NCBI GenBank assembly: GCA_048594965.1
Contig: JBMDXW010000242.1
Location: 411-64,410 of the forward strand
Length of the DNA stretch: 64,000 nucleotides
Reading direction: 5' to 3'
Source of the DNA: Chryseobacterium sp.
GTDB taxonomy: Bacteria > Bacteroidota > Bacteroidia > Flavobacteriales > Weeksellaceae
Every line of letters starts with the position of its first letter. The stretch's first letter is position 1. A program made the translations under genes and the position numbers. The notes beneath the pieces were generated by a model. That model was not told the DNA's origin. It made no database searches and was given only the letters and a program-made list of their open reading frames with translations. Shown one piece after another: positions 28,922 to 38,895 of the stretch.

Positions 28922-29653
28922 ATGAAATGTGCAATCATCACAGGCGGCTCCAGGGGAATTGGAAGAGCTATCTGTATCAAACTGGCAGAAGAGAAAAATT
29001 ACCATCTGCTGATTAATTATACTTCCAACGAAGCTGCGGCAAAAGAAACGCTTTCCAAGGTAGAAGCATGGGGTGCTACAGGAGAGATCCTGAAATTTGA
29101 TGTCGGCAATGCCGAAGAAACACAGCAGGTGTTAACGCAGTGGCAGGAAAATAATCCGCAGGCGATCGTTGAGGTGATTGTAAATAATGCCGGAATTACG
29201 AGAGACGGACTTTTCATGTGGATGCCGAGTGAAGACTGGAACGCAGTGATTAACACAAGTTTAAATGGTTTTTTCAATGTGACGAATTTCTTTATCCAAA
29301 AGCTGTTGCGCAATAAATACGGAAGAATCATCAACATGGTTTCTGTTTCCGGCGTGAAAGGAACGGCCGGACAGACCAATTATTCTGCGGCAAAAGGAGC
29401 TGTGGTAGGCGCTACAAAAGCCCTGGCGCAGGAAGTGGCGAAAAGAAACATTACGGTAAATGCCGTAGCACCCGGATTCATCAAAACGGATATGACGCAG
29501 GAGTTTAACGAAGATGAATTAAAGGCAATGATTCCTGCCAATCGATTCGGCGAGGCGGAAGAAGTGGCGGATCTGGTGGTATTTTTAGCTTCTAAAAAGT
29601 CATCTTATATTACCGGCGAAATCATTAATATTAACGGAGGAATTTATTCATAA
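28922..29653 (+). CDS. 3-oxoacyl-ACP reductase (SDR, FabG-like)
   Basis: TGGSRGIGRAI, NNAGI and the YSAAKGAVVG catalytic YxxxK. Confidence 0.9.
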   Translation: MKCAIITGGSRGIGRAICIKLAEEKNYHLLINYTSNEAAAKETLSKVEAWGATGEILKFDVGNAEETQQVLTQWQENNPQAIVEVIVNNAGITRDGLFMWMPSEDWNAVINTSLNGFFNVTNFFIQKLLRNKYGRIINMVSVSGVKGTAGQTNYSAAKGAVVGATKALAQEVAKRNITVNAVAPGFIKTDMTQEFNEDELKAMIPANRFGEAEEVADLVVFLASKKSSYITGEIININGGIYS

Positions 29654-29688
29654 AAATCAGGCAGCAGATATAAGATGGCAGGGAATAG

Positions 29689-29716
29689 CTGCAACCTAAA
29701 ATCTGCAACCTAAAAT
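29689..29716. repeat. Exact tandem duplication, 2 x 14 bp (CTGCAACCTAAAAT)
   Basis: Units at 29689-29702 and 29703-29716 are identical. A third unit begins (CT) and then diverges. Lies in the KR-KS spacer. Confidence 0.9.
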
Positions 29717-29728
29717 CTTGAATTTTAA

Positions 29729-30949
29729 ATGGAAAACAGGGTTGTCATTACCGGAATGGGAATTTATTCCTGCATCGGAACTTCTTTGGAAGAGGTAAAG
29801 GAATCTTTATTTCAGGGGAAATCCGGTATATTTTTAGTGGATGAAAGAAAAGAATTCGGTTTCAGGTCGGGATTAACGGGCGTTGTCCCAAAGCCGGATC
29901 TGAAGAATCTCCTGAACCGCCGGCAGCGTGTAAGCATGGGGGAAGAGAGCGAGTATGCCTATATTGCTACTTTAGATGCTCTGAGACAGGCAGGAATAGA
30001 CCAGGATTTTTTAGATAAACACGAAGTCGGAATTTTATACGGAAACGACAGTGTTTCTCAGGCAGTGGTGGAATCCATCGATATTGCCAGAGAGAAAAAA
30101 GATACGACGCTGATGGGTTCGGGAGCGATTTTCAAATCGATGAACTCTACGGTAACGATGAATCTTTCCACGATTTTTAAACTGAGGGGGATTAATCTGA
30201 CCATCAGTGCTGCCTGCGCAAGCGGTTCTCATTCCTTGGGATTGGCTTTTATGATGATTAAAAACGGTTTCCAGGAGATGATCGTCTGCGGAGGAGCGCA
30301 GGAAACCAATAAATATTCCATGGCGAGCTTTGACGGGCTTGGTGTTTTCTCTGTGCGAGAAGATGAACCGACAAAAGCTTCAAGACCTTTCGACTCGGGA
30401 AGGGACGGCCTGATTCCGAGCGGCGGGGCAGCGACCTTAATCGTTGAAAGCTTAGAGTCCGCACAAAAAAGAGGAGCGAATATTATCGCAGAAATCGTAG
30501 GCTACGGATTTTCATCAAACGGCGGACATATATCCACCCCGAATGTAGACGGACCGGCACTGGCGATGGAAAGAGCGCTGAAACAATCGGGCTTCACAGC
30601 AGAAGATATTGATTACATTAATGCCCATGCCACTTCCACACCGATTGGTGATGCCAATGAAGCCAAAGCAATTTTTGAAATTTTCGGTGGGGAGGTTCCT
30701 GTAAGTTCTACAAAATCCATGACAGGGCACGAATGCTGGATGGCCGGCGCCAGTGAAGTGATCTACTCAATCCTGATGATGCAGAACGGCTTTATTGCCC
30801 CGAATATCAATCTGGAACATCCTGATGATGAGGCGAAAAAGATAAATCTGGTCGCTGAAACAAAAAGTCAAAAAATTGACGTATTTTTGTCGAATTCTTT
30901 CGGATTTGGGGGAACCAACTCCGCATTAATCGTTAAAAAATTTAATTAA
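29729..30949 (+). CDS. Beta-ketoacyl-ACP synthase (KAS I/II type, complete catalytic triad)
   Basis: Active-site ISAACASGSH, HATSTPIGD and KSMTGHECWMAG. Confidence 0.9.
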   Translation: MENRVVITGMGIYSCIGTSLEEVKESLFQGKSGIFLVDERKEFGFRSGLTGVVPKPDLKNLLNRRQRVSMGEESEYAYIATLDALRQAGIDQDFLDKHEVGILYGNDSVSQAVVESIDIAREKKDTTLMGSGAIFKSMNSTVTMNLSTIFKLRGINLTISAACASGSHSLGLAFMMIKNGFQEMIVCGGAQETNKYSMASFDGLGVFSVREDEPTKASRPFDSGRDGLIPSGGAATLIVESLESAQKRGANIIAEIVGYGFSSNGGHISTPNVDGPALAMERALKQSGFTAEDIDYINAHATSTPIGDANEAKAIFEIFGGEVPVSSTKSMTGHECWMAGASEVIYSILMMQNGFIAPNINLEHPDDEAKKINLVAETKSQKIDVFLSNSFGFGGTNSALIVKKFN

Positions 30950-30953
30950 AAAC

Positions 30954-31208
30954 ATGGAAAGGGAGAAAATTGTTGCGATCGTTAATGATTTTTTAGTCAA
31001 TGAATTTGAGGTGGACGGCGATGAGATCAGCAACGAGGCAAACTTAAAAACAACGCTTGGGCTGGACAGCCTGGATTATATTGATATGGTTGTTGTAATC
31101 GAATCTAATTTCGGGGTGAAATTAGGCGAAGCAGACTTTAAAAAGATGGTTACGTTCGATGATTTCTACACGACCATTGAAAACAAAATCACAGAAAAGA
31201 ATAAATAA
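30954..31208 (+). CDS. Acyl carrier protein
   Basis: 84 aa, acidic, with the phosphopantetheine site LGLDSLDYIDM. Confidence 0.9.
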   Translation: MEREKIVAIVNDFLVNEFEVDGDEISNEANLKTTLGLDSLDYIDMVVVIESNFGVKLGEADFKKMVTFDDFYTTIENKITEKNK

Positions 31209-31312
31209 TATATTAATGTAAAAATGTAATAATATAACAATTTACCAATGCTTCATTGAATAATTGTTAAACTGGTACATCGTGTATATTGGTACATTAT
31301 GAAAACAATGCT
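31209..31312 (+). promoter_or_regulatory. Post-ACP intercistronic element, copy A
   Basis: Two AATGTA (31215-20, 31223-28) and two GGTACAT (31274-80, 31291-97). Shares AATATAACAAT, TGTTAAA and ATTGGTACATTAT blocks with copy B (46062-46140, minus strand). Confidence 0.55.
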
Positions 31313-32197
31313 ATGAACAAATGGAAAGGTAAATCTAAGGGGACGATCCTGGGGTACAGGATTTTTGTCTGGTGCATTAGAAATATCGGGATCCGGAGTT
31401 CATACGCTGTACTGTATTTCGTTGCATTCTACTATTTCGTATTCGAAAAAAGGAGCAACACATATTACCGGTATTACTTCCGGGAAAGACTGAAATACGG
31501 CTACTGGAAAACAAAACTCTCGTTGTTTAAAAATTATTTCACCTTCGGAACGGTTTTAATTGATAAAACGGCCATTTCCGCAGGACTCAGAAATAAATAT
31601 ACCTACGAATTCGACGGAATTGAAAACCTCCGAAACCTTTTAGCGGAAAAAAAAGGCGGCGTTCTCATCAGTGCCCACATCGGAAACTTTGAGATCGCGG
31701 AACATTTCTTTGCCGATATCGATTTCGATTGCCAGATCAATCTGGTTACCACCGATCAGGAAGTTACGGTCATTAAAGAATATCTGGAAAGTGTTTCCGT
31801 AAAACAGAGCAGCATTAAATTTATTTATGTAAAAGAAGATATGTCCCATATTTTCGAGATCAATGAGGCACTGTCTAAAAATGAACTGATCTGCTTTACC
31901 GGCGACCGGTATTTCGAGGGTTCCAAATTTCTGGAAGGCGAGTTGCTCGGAAGAACGGCAAAATTCCCGGCGGGTCCTTTCCTTATCGCTTCAAGACTGG
32001 GTGTTCCGGTGGTGTATGTGTATGTAATGAAAGAAAAAAATCTTCATTACCACCTGTACGCCAGAGTTGCTCAAAATGTAAAAAAAAGGGATGCCCAGGG
32101 TCTTCTCAATTCCTATACCCAGAATCTGGAATCCATGGTCAGAAAATATCCGCTCCAATGGTTCAATTATTTTGATTTTTGGGATGATATTGATTAA
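31313..32197 (+). CDS. Lysophospholipid / lipid A-type acyltransferase (LpxL/HtrB-like)
   Basis: N-terminal TM segment, SAHIGNFE (HX4E/D-type motif) and RKYPLQWFNY. ATG at 31313 preferred over the TTG at 31289. Confidence 0.75.
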   Translation: MNKWKGKSKGTILGYRIFVWCIRNIGIRSSYAVLYFVAFYYFVFEKRSNTYYRYYFRERLKYGYWKTKLSLFKNYFTFGTVLIDKTAISAGLRNKYTYEFDGIENLRNLLAEKKGGVLISAHIGNFEIAEHFFADIDFDCQINLVTTDQEVTVIKEYLESVSVKQSSIKFIYVKEDMSHIFEINEALSKNELICFTGDRYFEGSKFLEGELLGRTAKFPAGPFLIASRLGVPVVYVYVMKEKNLHYHLYARVAQNVKKRDAQGLLNSYTQNLESMVRKYPLQWFNYFDFWDDID

Positions 32198-32292
32198 TTT
32201 TCCTACTTTTACCCCAAATAAAACTAATATTTAACGCAACATCAAAGTGATTGAGAAATTTAATTCAAAATCACTAAACACAGCTTTTCTCC

Positions 32293-33831
32293 TTGAAAAA
32301 AGAATTCGACATACTTGTAATCGGCAGCGGATTGGGAGGTCTTGTTTCGGCGCTGGTGCTCGCCAAAGAAGGCCTGAAAGTCTGTGTCTTAGAGAAAAAT
32401 AACCAATATGGCGGAAATCTCCAGACCTTTTCCCGCGACAAACTGATTTTTGATACCGGTGTTCATTACCTGGGCGGGCTTTCCGAAGGGCAGAACCTTC
32501 ATCGGTATTTTTCCTACCTCGGTATTAGGGATGACCTTCAGCTTCAGCAGATGGATCCGGACGGATATGATAAAATTACTTTCGGGAATGATAAAACCGA
32601 ATATCCTCATGCGCAGGGCTACGATAATTTTGTAGAGCAGCTGGTTCAGCATTTTCCTGACGAAAGGGAAAACCTGCAGAATTACTGTGAAGAAATCCAA
32701 AGGGTATGCGGCCAGTTCCCGAGATATAACCTGGTAGGGAAAGACAATTATAATGAAGAAGTCCTACACCTCAATATCAAACGGTTTATCGAATCCATTA
32801 CCCCGAACAGGAAACTTCAGTCGGTTTTACTGGGATCTAACTTTTTATACGCCGGAGATTCTGAAAATGTTCCTTTTTATGTACATGCCCTCACGGTAAA
32901 TTCTTACATTCAGAGCGCTTACAAGTGTGTGAAAGGCGGCAGCCAGATTTCAAAATTACTGATTAAGAGGCTTCGTGAATATGGGGCGGAAGTGCATAAA
33001 CATTCTGAAGTTTCGGAATTTATATTTAATGACGGAAATATACTGGCCGGAGTACGTACAAAGGCCGGAAAAGAATATTTTGCTGAAAAGTTTATCTCCA
33101 ATATTGAGATTCGTTCCGCCATCAGGCTGATCGGGGAAGACCGGCTGAAAAAATCTTTCTTAAACAGAATTAAAAGCTGGGAGCCGGTTTCTTCCTGTTT
33201 CAGTGTGTATCTCGTTTTAAAACCCCGGACGGTTCAGAATTTTAATTATAATGTTTACCATTTTTCCAGTGAAGAATCGGTATGGAATGCCCATCGTTAT
33301 GATAAAGATGCCTGGCCGGAAACCTATATGCTGTCCTCGACACAGTCTAAACACGACCCGGATTTTGCCGAAAGCCTGACCGCCATTTCCTATATGGATT
33401 TTGAAGAAGTAAAAAAATGGCAAGATACATTCAATACGGTAGCGGAAGAGCAGGACCGGGGAGAAGCCTATGAACAATTCAAACTTGAAAAGGCTGAAAA
33501 AATGATTGCCGCCCTGGAGAAGAAAATTCCTGATCTGAGAACATCCATCAAGAGGATATATACTTCTTCGCCGCTGTCTTATCGCGATTACATTGGCAGT
33601 GCCGACGGAAATATGTATGGGTATATGAAGAGTTCGGAAAATCCGCTGAAAACAATGGTTTCCCCGAGAACGAAAATCGACAATCTGTTCCTGACAGGCC
33701 AGTCCGTAAATATGCACGGCATTTTGGGCTGTACCATCGGTGCATTCAATACATGCGCGGAAATCATTGGAAAAGAAGTGATTGATGAAAGATTAACACA
33801 ACTGATTAATAAGAACAAAGGTGAAAAATAA
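32293..33831 (+). CDS. NAD(P)/FAD-dependent oxidoreductase (phytoene desaturase/CrtI-like fold)
   Basis: DILVIGSGLGGLVSA...VLEKNNQYGG dinucleotide-binding motif. About 510 aa. TTG start, with no in-frame ATG nearby. Confidence 0.75.
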   Translation: MKKEFDILVIGSGLGGLVSALVLAKEGLKVCVLEKNNQYGGNLQTFSRDKLIFDTGVHYLGGLSEGQNLHRYFSYLGIRDDLQLQQMDPDGYDKITFGNDKTEYPHAQGYDNFVEQLVQHFPDERENLQNYCEEIQRVCGQFPRYNLVGKDNYNEEVLHLNIKRFIESITPNRKLQSVLLGSNFLYAGDSENVPFYVHALTVNSYIQSAYKCVKGGSQISKLLIKRLREYGAEVHKHSEVSEFIFNDGNILAGVRTKAGKEYFAEKFISNIEIRSAIRLIGEDRLKKSFLNRIKSWEPVSSCFSVYLVLKPRTVQNFNYNVYHFSSEESVWNAHRYDKDAWPETYMLSSTQSKHDPDFAESLTAISYMDFEEVKKWQDTFNTVAEEQDRGEAYEQFKLEKAEKMIAALEKKIPDLRTSIKRIYTSSPLSYRDYIGSADGNMYGYMKSSENPLKTMVSPRTKIDNLFLTGQSVNMHGILGCTIGAFNTCAEIIGKEVIDERLTQLINKNKGEK

Positions 33832-35512
33832 AGTTATTGCAGGCAGCTGTTCTTATTGGATATTATTTTTCAGCCTTATCCTGAATCTCAGCCTTATTTC
33901 CTGCGGTACAAGAAAATCCGTCCGGCATCTTCCGGAAATCAGACAATATGCGCTTGACATTCCGAAAGTGAATAAGGTTAATGATTCGACATTTAGTTTT
34001 CGTGAAAATTATTTAACCAAAAACAAGCAGAAAATCTGGGAATTATATATTAAAGGAAATCCTTTGCAGCTGGGCTATAATAACGGGGCATTGACCCAAA
34101 GCCTGATGCAGGAGCAGGAGAAAATCTTCTTCTCGAAAGTAGAGACTTTTGTTCCCTCAAAATTTAAACAAAATCTTTTACGGGGCTTTCTGAAATGGTA
34201 CAACAGGAAGATGTACCTGAATGTACGTGAGGATTACCAGGCAGAGTTGTACGGGCTGTCACAGTACTCGTCGGATGAATACGATTTTATCGCCCCGAAA
34301 TATCTGAGGAATCTTTACCTGCATGGTGCCCACGATATCGGTCATGCGATGCAGGACCTGATGATTGTCGGCTGTACGTCGCTTGCCGTCTGGAACGAAA
34401 ATACGGAAGACGGCGATCTTCTTATCGGCCGGAATTTCGATTTTTACGTCGGTGATGATTTTGCTAAGAATAAATTAATTGAGTTTGTAGAACCGGAGGA
34501 TGGTATTCCTTATATGTCCGTAAGCTGGCCTGGGATGATAGGTGTTGTTTCGGGGATGAATAAAGAAGGGATTACCGTGACCATCAATGCGGGAAAGTCT
34601 AAAATTCCGCTGACGGCCAAAACACCTATTTCGCTTGTGACGCGTGAAATTCTCCAATATGCCAGGAATATCGATGAAGCCATTGCCATTGCCAGAAAAA
34701 GAAAAGTTTTTGTCTCAGAATCCATTCTGGTTGGAAGTGCGAATGATAAAAATGCCGCGATTATCGAAGTTTCGCCGGATAATTTCGGCGTATACCGGGT
34801 TGAAAACAGCGCGAGGATTTTCTGTACCAATCATTTCCAGTCGGAGGCTTATAAAAATGACAAGAGAAATCAAAAACATATCCTGGAAAGCCATTCCGAA
34901 TACCGTTACGAAAAACTGCAGGAGCTTTTGCAGGGAAACAAAAAGCTGAATCCTGAAAAGATGGCCGCTATTTTAAGAGATAAATCAGGGCTGAAAAGAG
35001 AAAAGATCGGGTATGGCAATGAAAAAGCCATTAATCAGCTTTTGGCCCATCATGCCGTGATTTTTTCTCCTCAGAAAAGACTGGTGTGGGTTTCCGCCAA
35101 TCCTTATCAGCTGGGAGAATTTATCTGTTATGACCTGAATGAGATCTTTTCCGGTAAAAAAAATGTCAACGGAACGCTGGCCAGGTCTGAACTTAACATT
35201 TCCAAAGATCCTTTTCTGGATTCGCAGGAATTTAAGAATTATGAAGAATTCAAGTCTGCCAATTCCGAAATCAGTGATGCGGTAAACGATAAGACAAAAG
35301 TACTCTCTGCTGAATTCATACCGCATTACCAGTCACTGAACCCGGATTTCTGGCTGGTGTATTACCAGGCCGGAACATATTACTTCAACAAAAAAGAATA
35401 TTCCAAAGCAAAACCTGAATTTGAAAAGGCATTATCGAAAGAAATTACAACGGTTCCGGATCGGGAAAATGTTGAAAAATACCTGAAGAAAACACTAAAA
35501 AATCTAAAATAG
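33821..35512 (+). CDS. C45-family (acyl-CoA:6-aminopenicillanic-acid acyltransferase-like) protein with C-terminal TPR-like tail
   Basis: Ntn-type nucleophile context MIVGCTSLAVW. Signal and lipobox LSLISCG. GTG start overlapping the upstream gene by 11 nt. Confidence 0.7.
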   Translation: MKNKVIAGSCSYWILFFSLILNLSLISCGTRKSVRHLPEIRQYALDIPKVNKVNDSTFSFRENYLTKNKQKIWELYIKGNPLQLGYNNGALTQSLMQEQEKIFFSKVETFVPSKFKQNLLRGFLKWYNRKMYLNVREDYQAELYGLSQYSSDEYDFIAPKYLRNLYLHGAHDIGHAMQDLMIVGCTSLAVWNENTEDGDLLIGRNFDFYVGDDFAKNKLIEFVEPEDGIPYMSVSWPGMIGVVSGMNKEGITVTINAGKSKIPLTAKTPISLVTREILQYARNIDEAIAIARKRKVFVSESILVGSANDKNAAIIEVSPDNFGVYRVENSARIFCTNHFQSEAYKNDKRNQKHILESHSEYRYEKLQELLQGNKKLNPEKMAAILRDKSGLKREKIGYGNEKAINQLLAHHAVIFSPQKRLVWVSANPYQLGEFICYDLNEIFSGKKNVNGTLARSELNISKDPFLDSQEFKNYEEFKSANSEISDAVNDKTKVLSAEFIPHYQSLNPDFWLVYYQAGTYYFNKKEYSKAKPEFEKALSKEITTVPDRENVEKYLKKTLKNLK

Positions 35513-35737
35513 TATTTTTGATATGATAAATTTATGCTGTTATTGCAGTGTGTATACTACTATTAAAAGCCTTTGTTAGATTTTTTTATTTTACGGGATT
35601 TAATATTTTTTAACAGATAAATTTCCTTAAAAAACAAATCTTTTTAATTATTTTTAAATACAATACTCTTTTTATTGGGAAAAATTTGTTTTGGATATAA
35701 TTTATTATTTATATTCGTTCATTAAATTTTTTAATGA

Positions 35738-36832
35738 ATGAAAAAAATCTACTTGTTGTATTTATTTTGTTTTCTGACCCTATTTTCCTGTAAAAGCGAC
35801 GAGAAAATTGAAACCGTAGAAACGCAAAGTTCTTTCGTGAATTTCAATATCGATGCTGTTCCGTATGCAAAATTATCAACCTATATGTTTTTTACGGGAG
35901 ACCTTAAAAATCTCCAGCCCAATACCAAAGTTGTTCCTTACGAACCTGCCAGTTCACTTTTTACGGATTATGCCCTGAAAAAAAGATTTATCTGGATGCC
36001 CGGAGGGACAAAGGCCAGTTATGACACCGATGATAAAATATTAAACTTTCCGGTAGGTACGGTTCTTATCAAAAATTTCTATTACAATACAATACAGCCG
36101 GGCAACACGACAAAGATCATTGAAACCCGACTGATGATCAAAAAATCGACCGGTTGGATTTTTGCGGAATATCTCTGGAATGATGCTCAAACAGAAGCAG
36201 AGCTCGTTACGGGAGGAAACTTTGCCAGCGGAAGTTCCAAAAATGTTTCATTCAAGAAAGAAAACGGCGAAACCATCACAACAGATTACAGGATTCCTTC
36301 GGAAACCGAATGTCTGGCCTGCCACAAGCTCGATAATAAACCGATTCCTATTGGTGTAAAGCCACAGAATATAAATATTGCCTACAATTATCCGAACGGA
36401 ATGAAAAATCAGCTGCAAAAGTTTGTCGATGAGGGTTATCTTCAAAGCTATCCTTCCAATATTGTTTCAACTGTTAATTATAAAGACACCAGCAAACCTT
36501 TGGATATCCGCCTCAGATCTTATCTTGATATCAACTGCGCACACTGTCATCAGGACAATGCCCGTTGCGACTACAGAGCGATACGACTAAGCTTCAATAA
36601 GACCTCGGACTTAACAAAACTGGGAGTCTGCATTACGGCAGACGAGCCGATTAATCCTTCTGTTGAAAGAATTGTAATGCCCGGAAATCCTGCCAAGTCA
36701 GTCATGCATTTCAGACTAAGCTCCACCGACGAAAACAACAGAATGCCTTTGCTTGGAAGAACGATTGTTCATGATGAAGGAGTTGATCTTGTAACCCAGT
36801 GGATTTCTTCATTGAATCAAACCTGCCCGTAA
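35738..36832 (+). CDS. Lipoprotein with two CxxCH motifs (HNE_0200-like conserved hypothetical family)
   Basis: Lipobox LTLFSCKS. CLACH and NCAHCH. FPVGTVLIKNF, ETRLMIKKSTGW, YLWNDAQTEA and NRMPLLGRTIVHDEG resemble the CxxCH family as I remember it. Confidence 0.6.
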   Translation: MKKIYLLYLFCFLTLFSCKSDEKIETVETQSSFVNFNIDAVPYAKLSTYMFFTGDLKNLQPNTKVVPYEPASSLFTDYALKKRFIWMPGGTKASYDTDDKILNFPVGTVLIKNFYYNTIQPGNTTKIIETRLMIKKSTGWIFAEYLWNDAQTEAELVTGGNFASGSSKNVSFKKENGETITTDYRIPSETECLACHKLDNKPIPIGVKPQNINIAYNYPNGMKNQLQKFVDEGYLQSYPSNIVSTVNYKDTSKPLDIRLRSYLDINCAHCHQDNARCDYRAIRLSFNKTSDLTKLGVCITADEPINPSVERIVMPGNPAKSVMHFRLSSTDENNRMPLLGRTIVHDEGVDLVTQWISSLNQTCP

Positions 36833-36859
36833 ATATTAATCATACTAAACTTTTAATTC

Positions 36860-38872
36860 ATGAAAAAAATATTACCCTTTTTCGTTTTGCTGCTGACCGG
36901 TAGCTGGACGATGGCACAGTTGACATGTGCCACAGCGGTATCCATCGGTTTAGGAACCGTCACTGCACCAACGGTAACAGGAACTCCTCCTGCTACTGCC
37001 TGTTCTTTAGGGACACCCGGAACAAAAGGCCTGTGGTACAAATTTACGCCTACCGAAAGCAAAACTTATAAGATCAAGACTTCTTCTGCAGGACAAAATG
37101 CAGATACCCGTCTTATTGTCTTCACCGGAAACTGCAATGCGCTGACCTGCGTTGCGGCCAATGACGATAGTGCAGGTGCATTTTCTGCTGTAACTTTCAA
37201 TGCTGTGGCAGGAACAACCTACTATGTCGTATTTGATAATAAATACTCTTCATTAGGCTTTAATATTACCATTTCTGAAGTGGTTGTCGTTCCGGACCGG
37301 TTGTCTTTTGTTCCACAGCAGATATCGGTACCGACCAACTATAACAATTGCATCGTCGATATGAACGGCGATTATCTCGATGATATCGTAACCGTAATAA
37401 GTACGACACAGCTCATGATCTCTTATCAGCAACCGGGCGGTGGGTTCAATAATGTTACCTACACGGTTCCCAACACCGTGATAACCCCTTCCTGGAGTAT
37501 TGCGGCAGGAGATTTCGATAACAATGGATACAATGACCTTATTTATGGTTCCAGCAGCGGTGTTTCATTTATAAAAGCAAATACAAACGGCACTGCTTAT
37601 ACTTCCGACAGGAAAACACAATCTTTCCTGGTGCAGCGAACCAATTTTATAGACATCAACAACGATGGGAAGCTGGACGCTTTTGTCTGTGATGATAATG
37701 CCCCGAACAGATACTACATCAATGACGGAACCAACATGAACCATAATCAGGGTGGTCTCGGAGATTTTCCTTCCGGCGGAAATTACGGATCAATATGGAT
37801 CGATTATGACAACGACGGTGATATGGATCTCTTTATCGCAAAATGCAGCGGCGGAGGTTCGGGTCCAGGAGGAAATATTGATGAATTGCACAGGAATAAC
37901 GGTAACGGAACCTTCACGAATGTAGCAGCTACCGCCAATATGGCCAACCCCGTTCAGACATGGTCTTCCGCTTGGGGAGATTTTAATAATGACGGCTGGA
38001 TGGATGCTGTAGTAGGAATCAACTCCAACAGCAACGGTTTAAGCAAAGTTATGAAAAACAATGGAGACGGTACATTTACGGATAAATCGGCAGGATCAGG
38101 ATATGATGTGGTGTATGATTTAAGCCGTGAATATGTTGCACATGATTTCGATAATGATGGATACCTGGATGTTTTAGGAGCAGGAAACAGAATTATGTTT
38201 GGAAACGGAGATTTTACATTTACTCCAAATGAGACGGCGTATAATTTTGATTTCTATGACCGGCCGATAGGCGATTTAAATAATGATGGGTTTTTGGATA
38301 TTCAGAGTGGTACGACGATCATGATGAATGCAGGAAATACGAATAAATGGCTGAAAGTAACACTGAAAGGAACCCAAAGCAACAGAAATGGAATTGGTGC
38401 CCGCGTAGAAATATACGGTTCCTGGGGCAAGCAGATCAGAGATGTACAGAGCGGAACCGGTTTTGCCAATATGAGCACACTGAATGTTCACTTTGGAATC
38501 GGACAGGCTACAGCGATTACAAAGGTTATCGTAAGATGGCCATCCGGTGTGGTGGATGTTATTAACAACGTGACCCCAAATACCACCTTGAACGTAGTCG
38601 AAGGTTCATTCCTGAATACCAGCGAGGTACAGGAAGCCCAACAGACGCTTACGGTATATCCTAATCCGGCGCATGACATGATTTATTTTAAGGCACAGAA
38701 AGATTTCGCTCCTGCTGTAGCCAAAATTTATGATCTCACCGGAAGAATGGTGCTGCAAAGCAAAATTGAAGGCGATTCACTATCTGTGAAATCACTGAAT
38801 GCCGGAAATTACATGCTGGTGCTCACCGATAAAAACGGAAAAGTACTTTCACAGAAGTTAACTGTAAAGTAA
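36860..38872 (+). CDS. Secreted FG-GAP/VCBS-repeat protein with ASPIC/UnbV domain (CRTAC1-like) and T9SS C-terminal sorting domain
   Basis: Signal peptide. N-terminal pre-peptidase-C-like domain. Repeated DxNxDGxxD loops (DINNDGKLDAF, DYDNDGDMDLF, DFNNDGWMDA, DFDNDGYLDV, DLNNDGFLDI). RNGIGARVEIY...GTGFAN. Tail LTVYPNPAHDMIYF...LTVK. Confidence 0.8.
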   Translation: MKKILPFFVLLLTGSWTMAQLTCATAVSIGLGTVTAPTVTGTPPATACSLGTPGTKGLWYKFTPTESKTYKIKTSSAGQNADTRLIVFTGNCNALTCVAANDDSAGAFSAVTFNAVAGTTYYVVFDNKYSSLGFNITISEVVVVPDRLSFVPQQISVPTNYNNCIVDMNGDYLDDIVTVISTTQLMISYQQPGGGFNNVTYTVPNTVITPSWSIAAGDFDNNGYNDLIYGSSSGVSFIKANTNGTAYTSDRKTQSFLVQRTNFIDINNDGKLDAFVCDDNAPNRYYINDGTNMNHNQGGLGDFPSGGNYGSIWIDYDNDGDMDLFIAKCSGGGSGPGGNIDELHRNNGNGTFTNVAATANMANPVQTWSSAWGDFNNDGWMDAVVGINSNSNGLSKVMKNNGDGTFTDKSAGSGYDVVYDLSREYVAHDFDNDGYLDVLGAGNRIMFGNGDFTFTPNETAYNFDFYDRPIGDLNNDGFLDIQSGTTIMMNAGNTNKWLKVTLKGTQSNRNGIGARVEIYGSWGKQIRDVQSGTGFANMSTLNVHFGIGQATAITKVIVRWPSGVVDVINNVTPNTTLNVVEGSFLNTSEVQEAQQTLTVYPNPAHDMIYFKAQKDFAPAVAKIYDLTGRMVLQSKIEGDSLSVKSLNAGNYMLVLTDKNGKVLSQKLTVK

Positions 38873-38895
38873 TTATTTATATTAATCAAATCTTA

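Noticed and set aside
29689-29716. Tandem repeat, and the other short direct repeats, as a possible CRISPR array
   Set aside because: There are only two abutting 14-bp units with no spacers, and no cas genes. No CRISPR-like repeat-spacer periodicity occurs anywhere in the window.
35704-38883. 12-bp direct repeat ATTATTTATATT flanking the CxxCH / ASPIC module, as a possible target-site duplication
   Set aside because: It is a pure A/T 12-mer in very A+T-rich spacers, and my rough estimate gives a non-negligible chance expectation. No transposase or terminal inverted repeats are present. It is mentioned only as weak support in the corresponding finding.
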